NCBI GenBank assembly: GCA_002269645.1
Contig: NIVC01003602.1
Coordinates: 24,598 to 88,597 of the forward strand
Direction: 5' to 3'
Length of the DNA stretch: 64,000 bases
DNA from: Macrostomum lignano
Lineage: Eukaryota
The translations under genes were made by a program, and so were the position numbers. This document shows positions 45,043 through 64,000 of the stretch, in pieces. Positions within the stretch are counted from its first letter, which is position 1. Each line of letters opens with the position of its first letter. Below the pieces are notes generated by a model. That model saw only the letters and a program-made list of their open reading frames with translations. It was not told the DNA's origin and did no database searches.

Positions 45043-46031
45043 ATGGAATCACAAACAGGTACACGTACGTATTTTTATCCAGAAATCGAATCTATATTAC
45101 TTGATTATTTAACCATTTGGAAGCCAAAGGGCTGCACTGCAGGCCATACCAAAACGGCCCAAAAGCCCAGAGATTCAAAAATATCTATAGCATCAAAAAC
45201 CATATCCCCAGTCACTAACGCAACTGCCCAGAATGGCCACTGTATGACCCAGTATGCAGGCCATGACTAATTTAAAGAAGTGGGCACCAAGTGGTTAAGG
45301 TCTAATGATTTCTTACAAAACTTAAGCAAGAAGTGCCTATTCCTTCAGAGTCGTAATCACCATTTTATACCGGGCCGGGTTGGGAGTCGAATTGGCCGAT
45401 TGGGTCACATACGTCATTGGAGGGGTTACACATAGGGCTTGTGAGACAAAATTGGTTGCGCAGTGTAATTTTTGCTTAGTGGCCCGAATTGTGGAATCCC
45501 TGGAATGTAAATGATTTACAGATCAAGTAGCCCTGTGTATTTCAACAGTCGTCTAAAAATTGAAACTTCTCTTTTTCAGAACAACCGGAGGAGCAAAAGG
45601 AAGCCCGCGTGCTAACAGAAACAAGCCTACTCAATCTTGGCAAAGCTGTGAAGCAAGGTGACATGAAGTTGTACATGCTGCTCAATATTCCCACTGTAGA
45701 GATCGTCCGTCAGAAGGTTCGAAACGAGGAATTTAAGATGCCAGAGTACGGTGAGTAAAAAAGCGAGATAATAAAAACACAGATTCTAGATTAAACTACA
45801 TTTTGTAGCCAATACTTATTAAAACAATAATTGTTGTGAAACTACACAGGAGCCGCTCAAAAGCTTCTACTCTATTGGAAGAAGATGCGCAAGGGCGCAA
45901 AAGAGAATGACATCATCCGGGACCTGGACAATGCTCTGCGGGAGTCCGGCCAGGAAGAAATTGCCGACATTGTCAGCGATAGAAACAGAATCGATCAGGA
46001 GATCGTACCCGAGCTGTTCGTATCTGCTTGA
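45043..46031 (+). CDS. Small stand-alone death-domain-like protein, 122 aa, 3 exons (absent from the ORF track)
   Basis: Exons 45043-45058, 45580-45750, 45850-46031 (phase 1, 1; 369 nt): MESQTEQPEEQKEARVLTETSLLNLGKAVKQGDMKLYMLLNIPTVEIVRQKVRNEEFKMPEYGAAQKLLLYWKKMRKGAKENDIIRDLDNALRESGQEEIADIVSDRNRIDQEIVPELFVSA*. The LL..W and L..AL...G..EIA pattern is death-fold-like. Exon 1 is the least certain. Confidence 0.72.
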
Positions 46032-46635
46032 GCTGAGCTCCCTTTCAGTCTTCGATTTTGTGCCAGAAAACGACAATTCACCATTTTTATGATCAACTAA
46101 ACTAACAAAGTTGTTTTTGCCAAGCGGACGACATGATGTGCGGCCTGCTTTAATTCGATTTTGGCTCGATTCAGGCATAAAAAATTCATTCAGCCAAAAA
46201 TCGAAATTCGATCCCAACAGCCACCAGAGGCGCAGCTTTAGTACTAAGCTAACTAGTATATGCAAATCGAATCTTTATGAGGCTTGTAAAGTTATATTCG
46301 AGCAGCCAACAACGTTTTTTATAACTGAATTCCATTCCGGATTCGTACTTTTTGCTGGCGTGATATTATTACTAGTATTAATTTCTAAGGTGCTACCGCC
46401 AACCCACTTTATTGGTTTCTATTGTAGTAGAGCCTTGCGGAAGATCTTTATGCCAGTATGACGCTGAAACAATCTAAACACTGTCCAAAATATATTGAAT
46501 AATTTATTGCTCGTTCATTCTTTCAAGGAAAATTTTTTTTTATAAAATTTATCGTTCTTCGTTCCGTGTTTGTGGATGCCACAGTGTCATATAATAGCTC
46601 GTAGTTCCTCATGAAGTATATTAATTCCGGAAATT

Positions 46636-57356
<10,721 letters not shown>

Positions 57357-57589
57357 TGTCTGTTGCTGATGCTGCCAATTTTTCTGCTAGCCGAAGCTCT
57401 GGCTGAATATTTCTATCGAAATCGACCGCGGGCTGCCATTGGCCAATGCTGAAACTCCCTCAACAGCTTGGATCTTAGAGGGTTTATTTGCTACTAATAG
57501 TAGGACTACTAGAAAGTTTATTTCGAGGAAATTAAAATACTTAAAAGGCAGATCTTTTATTATGATTAGCACACGCACCTTCTTTCAAT

Positions 57590-58045
57590 AGAATCTTCTT
57601 TGGAATTTCTCCCCAATGAAAATCTTCCCTATGATATCTCACCTTGAGAAATTTTCTTCAGAATCTCTCAGAGGATTCTTCTAAGAATTCCTTCTTATTA
57701 TCTTCCCGATAATCTACCGTTGGAAATCCCCCCTAGGAACCCTGCGAATCTCCTTAGGGAATCTCCCTTGAGAGTCTCCCTTTGAGAATCTCCCCTTGAG
57801 AGTCTCCCCTTGAGAGTCTCTCCTTGAGAGTCTCCCCTTGAGAGTCTCCCCATGAGAGTCTCCCCATGAGAATCTCCCCTTGAGAGTCTCCCCATGAGAG
57901 TCTCCCCATGCGAATCTCCCCATGAGAGTCTCCCTTTGAGAATCTCCCCTTAAGAGTCTCCCCATGAGAATCTCTCCTTGAGAGTCTCCCTTTGAGAATC
58001 TTCCCTTGAGAATCTCCCCTTGAGAGTCGCCTCGAGAACCTTCCC
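57590..58045. repeat. 14-bp minisatellite (GAGAGTCTCCCCTT)
   Basis: Degenerate tandem copies. Confidence 0.88.
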
Positions 58046-58599
58046 GAGAATCTGTGAGACCCTTCTAACCAGAAACTACCCCCCCTCTGAGTTCTGCCAC
58101 CCACTTGAAGCAGTGTGCAAACCAATTCAGAATATCACGCTGGGAGCATCTTTGAGCATCTTTGAGAATTAAATATCCCCCATATCGATGTCCAAGCGCA
58201 TTCTTTTGTGTTCTACTCAATTTCTCTGTTTACTCATCATTTTTTCTCTAGCCTTGAAACCCTGCAGAGCCATCTGCCTCAGCTGTCCGCTCGATAGAGC
58301 CCCGGTCTAGCGGGCTCGATGAAGCTTGAAGCCAGCCTTCCTCATCATCATTTTCCAGCTTCTCCTCTTTCGTTCGTTTCACCTTTTCGTTCGATTTTTC
58401 CTTTGTCCAACTGCACTACTTTTGTAAGGCTGCTTTTCATTGCCCAGTCACTACTGCATAGGCAGCCCCTCATTTTGCGAAAGCTCTTCCCTCAATGCTC
58501 CAATCCTTATTAACTCGGCTGTTAGCATGGAGATCCCCAAACTGGAATCTGGAGCGGCAGTGCTTCCTAAAGGCATCATTTTATACACAATTTACCGAG

Positions 58600-59560
58600 A
58601 CCTAAATTTCGCTGGACCTAAATTTCGCTGGACCTAAATTTCACTGCACCTAAATATCACTGCACCTAAATTTCATTAGACCTAAATTTCTCTGGACCTA
58701 AATTTCACTGCACCTAAATTTCACTGGACCTAAATTTCATTAGACCTAAATTTCTCAGGACCTAAATTTCACTGCACCTAAATTTCACTGCACCTAAATT
58801 TCTCAGGACCTAAATTTCACTGCACCTAAATTTCACAGGACCTAAATTTCACTGCACCTAAATTTCACTGCACCTAAATTTCACTGCACCTAAATTTCAC
58901 TGCACCTAAATTTCACTGCACCTAAATTTCACTGCACCTAAATTTCACTGCACCTAAATTTCACTGCACCTAAATTTCACTGCACCTAAATTTCACTGCA
59001 CCTAAATTTCACTGCACCTAAATTTCACTGCACCTAAATTTCACTGCACCTAAATTTCACTGCACCTAAATTTCACTGCACCTAAATTTCACTGCACCTA
59101 AATTTCACTGCACCTAAATTTCTCAGGACCTAAATTTCACTGCACCTAAATTTCTCAGGACCTAAATTTCACTGCACCTAAATTTCACTGCACCTAAATT
59201 TCACTGGACCTAAATTTCATTAGACCTGAATTTCTCAGGACCTAAATTTCACTGGACCTAAATTTCATTAGACCTAAATTTCTCAGGACCTAAATTTCAC
59301 TGCACCTAAATTTCACTGCACCTAAATTTCTCAGGACCTAAATTTTACTGCACCTAATTTTCTCAGGACCTAAATTTCACTAGACATAAATTTCACACTA
59401 GACCTAAATTCACTGGACCTAAATTTCACTAAACCTAACGTTTACTAGACCTAAATTTCATTGGACCTAAATTTATCTGGACCTAAGTTTCACTAGACCT
59501 AAATTTCATTGGACCTAATTTTCTCTGGACCTAAGTTTCACACAAGACTTAAATTTCACT
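58600..59560. repeat. 16-bp minisatellite (CACCTAAATTTCACTG)
   Basis: About 60 copies with a homogeneous centre. Confidence 0.96.
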
Positions 59561-60124
59561 AGGTTCGTCAACTGTTTTCTTCCAGTCCAAGTTCTGGTTC
59601 AAGGACTCCCTGGCTAAGGTGAAAGGGTTGCTTGTCAGCAGAGGCAGGTGCAGCTGAAGCGAAATGAGACCCAAGGAAGGTTGGACAAGTTATTTTTTAG
59701 AAAAAATGTTGAGTCCCACTCATCGACCGAACTTCTCCCTCTAAATTTCTCCCTGCCTTCTCTTCCGCAATTCACCAGCTGACCGCATTGTCCTGACCAA
59801 TCTGAGCGTGTGGCCAATTCAAATTCCACTCGGGATTCGATTCAAGAATTGCTGTAACACTGGCGCTCAGTGTCCGGTGCCGCCCTCATTGTAGGACTCT
59901 TCAAAACTCGTTCTGGAGGCTGTGATTTCTCCGCCTTGTGTATAAAAACTTCGACTGAATATAGACTGAATCAAACGTTGCGATGGAAATGCTTTGAATG
60001 AAAAAAATAAACTTTAGCTAGAGCTTACGACTGAATAAGCAATTTTGTAAATATCTTGATAATCAATTCGTTTATTTTTGTTCAGTAGACCGTGTGATTT
60101 GCACTTTTAAATTGGCCCTATCAA

Positions 60125-60735
60125 TTGGCGCCCTGGCGCCCCTGGAGCCCTGGCGCCCCTGGAGCCCTGGCGCCCCTGGAGCCCTGGCGCCCCTGGAGCC
60201 CTGGCGCCCCTGGAGCCCTGGCGCCCCTGGAGCCCTGGCGCCCCTGGAGCCCTGGCGCCCCTGGAGCCCTGGCGCCCCTGGAGCCCTGGCGCCCCTGGAG
60301 CCCTGGCGCCCCTGGAGCCCTGGCGCCCCTGGAGCCCTGGCGCCCCTGGAGCCCTGGCGCCCCTGGAGCCCTGGCGCCCCTGGAGCCCTGGCGCCCCTGG
60401 AGCCCTGGCGCCCCTGGAGCCCTGGCGCCCCTGGAGCCCTGGCGCCCCTGGAGCCCTGGCGCCCCTGGAGCCCTGGCGCCCCTGGAGCCCTGGCGCCCCT
60501 GGAGCCCTGGCGCCCCTGGAGCCCTGGCGCCCCTGGAGCCCTGGCGCCCCTGGAGCCCTGGCGCCCCTGGAGCCCTGGCGCCCCTGGAGCCCTGGCGCCC
60601 CTGGAGCCCTGGAGCCCCTGGAGCCCTGGCGCCCCTGGAGCCCTGGCGCCCTGGAGCCCTGGCGCCCTGGAGCCCTGGCGCCCCTGGAGCCCTGGTGCCC
60701 CTGGAGCCCTGGCGCCCTGGAGCCCTGGCGCCTGT
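60125..60735. repeat. 17-bp GC-rich minisatellite (GCCCTGGCGCCCCTGGA)
   Basis: About 36 near-identical copies. Confidence 0.97.
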
Positions 60736-61386
60736 CGGTGCCTCAAGAAAAAAGACCGGCAATGAACAACAGTAGTAAAGCAAGTACAGCACAGGTTCAA
60801 TGCTGTGCTGCCAGTCTAGCTTACAATCAGAATGGATTGGAGTAGATGAGAAAAAAGTCAGTACAAACAACGCGCACATGCACAATTAGTCCAATGCAAT
60901 GGTAATCTACTCGTACGAGTATAAATGACTATTGGAGATTTTAAAAAAACATACGCGGCAGATTCTTGCTGCAAATTGCTAATTGCAAATTGCGATAGTA
61001 GCGAGGAGATACAGTTTATGCATTTAGCCGGCTCAATACACGTAGGTGCGCCTGTTCACAGCTCGGGGAGAACTGTTGGGTTGAGAAGTGCTGCTCATTG
61101 AATCCCATTGATCCGCAGACTGCGTGACCCCCATTAGCAGTTTCTATGCGCAAGGAATCGCACAGAGTGGTCATGAAATTGAGGACTGAGTGAACTGGAT
61201 GAATTTTACATTTACACGGCAAATTCACATTTCTACTCAAATATTCATGGGTAGCAGTTCAGAGCGCGCTTAACCCTGCGTTGAGAAGTAAAACTACTCC
61301 TAAATGTTTGAACAAAATTGGAAGCATGGAAGTGAAACCGTTAGCTCTGATCACACCATCCTTGGATTTATCTTAACCTCTCTTTA

Positions 61387-61759
61387 GCAATCCATTCTAT
61401 CCTGCATCCGTGTATTGGCTAGATTAGCAATCCATTCTATTCCTGCATCCGTGTATTGGCTAGATTAGCAATCCATTCTATTCCTGCATCCATGCATTGG
61501 CTAGATTAGCAATCCATTCTATTCCTGCACCCATGCATTGGCTAGATTAGCAATCCATTCTATTCCTGCACCCATGCATTGGCTAGATTAGCAATCCATT
61601 CTATTCCTGCATCCATGCATTGGATAGATTAGCAATCCATTCTATTCCTGCACCCATGCATTGGCTAGATTAGCAATCCATTCTATTCCTGCATCCGTGT
61701 ATTGGCTAGATTAGCAATCCATTCTATTCCTGCATCCATGTATTGGCTAGATTAGCAAT
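61387..61759. repeat. 41-bp minisatellite, ~9 copies
   Basis: Same family as 206-282. Confidence 0.95.
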
Positions 61760-63715
61760 CCCGCCGTCACGCGCATCCGCCGCGTGCCGGTTGCTGGCGA
61801 TGGCCGTGAGCTCAACCGACTCCCGCTCGGCTCCTCCGTCAAAGCCAGTCGCTGGGGCGTCCACTTGGCAGAGCAGCGGGCCGGCTGTTGCCTCGAAGCT
61901 GCCCTCATAGTCTTGAGGAGCCTCAGCTGGCAGCGAGGCCCGTCCCACCGTCGGGTGGAGGCGGCGCGGCGCGCGGCTCTTCATCGTTTGCGACGCTGGG
62001 CTTTGAAATCCAACTGGGGCGGAGACGACTTCGCGAGGGCTGCGGCGGAGGCGGTGGAGGCGGCGCTTTCGTTTGATGCTTTCTCGAATTTGCTGTTCCG
62101 ATTCAGACTGCCCGAGTGGTGTCGTGCCGACTGATGGCAGGTTCAGGATCTGGCGTTGGGTTCGCAGAGGGGCTTCTGAAGTGCAAAATAAATGTTAGCT
62201 GTGTTATCGAAATGACTTGATAATTATTGTACTGAAAGGGTTAGCGGCAGATCAAAGGGGAAGAAACAGTGGCGGTAGATCAAAGGGAACAGAGAGTGAC
62301 GGTAGATCAAAGGAGAACAGAGAGTGGCGGTAGATCAAAGGAAACAGAGAGTGGCGGTAGATCAAAGGGAACAGAGAGTGGCGGTAGATCAAAGGGAAAC
62401 AGAGAGTGGCGGTAGATCAAAGGGAACAGAGAGTGGCGTAGATCAAAGGGGAACAGAGAGTGACGGTAGATCAAAGGGGAACAGAGAGTGGCGGTAGATC
62501 AAAGGGGAACAGAGAGTGGCGGTAGATCAAGGAGAACAGAGAGTGACGGTAGATCAAAGGGAACAGAGAGTGGCGGTAGATCAAAGGGGAACAGAGAGTG
62601 GCGGTAGATCAAAGGGAACAGAGAGTGACGGTAGATCAAAGGGGAACAGAGAGTGGCGGTAGATCAAAGGAGAACAGAGAGTGGCGGTAGATCAAAGGGA
62701 AACAGAGAGTGGCGGTAGATCAAAGGGAAACAGAGAGTGGCGGTAGATCAAAGGGAAACAGAGAGTGGCGGCTTCTCCGACGCCCCTCTCCGAGCAGCTC
62801 AGCTTATAGTCGTAGTCGTCGTCAATATCCAATTCGCGTTTTTGAGCGCAAATTTTTGCCAGAGCGAACGCCAACGCAATCGGCACGGCGCCAAAAGGCT
62901 AGCCAGGGGAAATTTCTAGACAGCCAGGAGCTGTGAGTCGGGTGCAGCAGATTCGACCGGTTGGAGCTGCCGACACCGCCAAGCCAGAATGGGCCGTCCG
63001 GGCACTTGTTCGGCTCTTCGAACAGGTCGAAGCAGTCAGCACGGAGGCTGCAGCTTCCCGGAGCTACGCAGAGTCCACCATCGTCGCTGCCACCGTCATC
63101 CTTGACCTTCTTCTGGCACCAGACGTTGCCGTACCGTTCGCAGAACAGCCGCCGGCTTGTGTAGTTGAACTGTTCATCGAATCTGGCATAGCGAGACACC
63201 GTGATATTGACTGGCGGCCCCGGCGGGCTGCTCTCCACCCAGAACAGCCGGCATACCTGTAGCGCAGCTGGAATTCAGTTGGAACTGTCTTCGCTTTGCT
63301 GGTAACCCTGTGGTGCTTGTCATTGTCAACTATGCCCGGGCTCATGTCCTGCTTCTCCATGGAGACGACCACGAGTTCCTGACCGGGCGACAGCTTCGTG
63401 ACTCGGATTCGCAGGTACCAGAACCGGATGCCAACGAGGGTCGCGAATCAGCTCGCCAAACGAACCACCGGAGTTGAGCAGAGTCTGTAGCCGGAACCGC
63501 CAGATGCAGCTGTGGTCAGCTTCAGGGATCCGTCAACGGATAGCGGAGTCTCGTCCGCGTGCTGGCAGCTGGGGTGGTCCGTGCTGTACAGGGTGTACAC
63601 CAGCCTGTGGTGCCTCGGCGTACCGTAGATCGAAGCGGAGACGTCGGGCACGAGACTGAGCACCAGGACTGACAGCAGAGACAGCAAGCAGCAGCATCGC
63701 TTGGCTCTTCTATCC
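61724..63715 (-). CDS. Probable type I membrane protein (signal peptide, CUB-like region, Cys-rich LDLa-like module, TM helix, cytoplasmic tail) with several reading-frame lesions; possibly a pseudogene
   Basis: Signal-like DRRAKRCCCLLSLLSVLVLSLVPDVSA after an acceptor near 63716; Cys module CQKK...LCVAPGSCSLRADCFDLFEEPNKC; TM FPWLAFGAVPIALAFALAKIC if one T is removed at 62893-62896; open tail frame ~62170-61724. In-frame TGA at 63448-63450 and a frame change near 63255. Domain names are pattern-based only; the first coding exon was not found. Confidence 0.5.
62250..62770. repeat. ~28-bp minisatellite (GAACAGAGAGTGGCGGTAGATCAAAGGG)
   Basis: About 18 copies interrupting the membrane-protein gene. 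Confidence 0.94.
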
Positions 63716-64000
63716 TGCGCACAATTGAAAATTTTTTTTTAATTCCTTAATTTTCATATTAAAAGTTAAATTAAATTACAAATTACTTTTGGCACCCTGG
63801 CGCAAAGCCTGTCCATCGCGCTGACTCTGAGCCTTTTTAGCTACTAGAAAGTGCAATAACTACCGCTCAAAAATGGAGTCCGACACGTTTCTTTGATAAA
63901 AAAGTACATCTGCTGTCCCTTTAAGATTTGGCAGTATCGGTACGCTTAAAAGATAAAGAACGCATTGACAAGAGTGCGGTCTGGTGAATGGAGATAAAAG

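Noticed and set aside
45501-45511. 11-nt match to the miR-1 5' end (TGGAATGTAAA)
   Set aside because: Diverges afterwards and there is no precursor hairpin.
60072-60885. Collagen-like ORFs (GAPGLQGRQGSRGARAP)n
   Set aside because: Product of an identical 17-bp DNA unit open in several frames; no synonymous variation and the Gly-X-Y register breaks every 17 residues.

Overview
Eukaryotic (metazoan) genomic DNA: GC-rich exons, canonical GT-AG introns, and roughly a third of the window made of micro/minisatellite arrays that often fill introns right up to the splice sites. The style suggests a flatworm such as Macrostomum; this is inference, not verified. Seven genes could be modelled by hand: a diverged MATE/SLC47 transporter (+), axonemal dynein intermediate chain DNAI2 (-), a chromatin protein with SAMD1/KAT6-type winged helix, double PHD finger and SAM domain but no acetyltransferase domain (-), epsin (-), a small stand-alone death-domain protein (+), an atypical nicotinic acetylcholine receptor alpha subunit (-), and a damaged type I membrane protein (-). 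Also present are a decayed Ty3/Gypsy retrotransposon, tRNA-derived SINE-like pieces and an inverted repeat whose arms each carry a Penelope-type minimal hammerhead ribozyme (one intact, one with core mutations). Several genes show single-base indels, which may be assembly errors or a decaying duplicate copy. Most long ORFs in the supplied track are repeat artefacts. Coordinates were counted by hand: exon boundaries should be close to exact, repeat boundaries are approximate.
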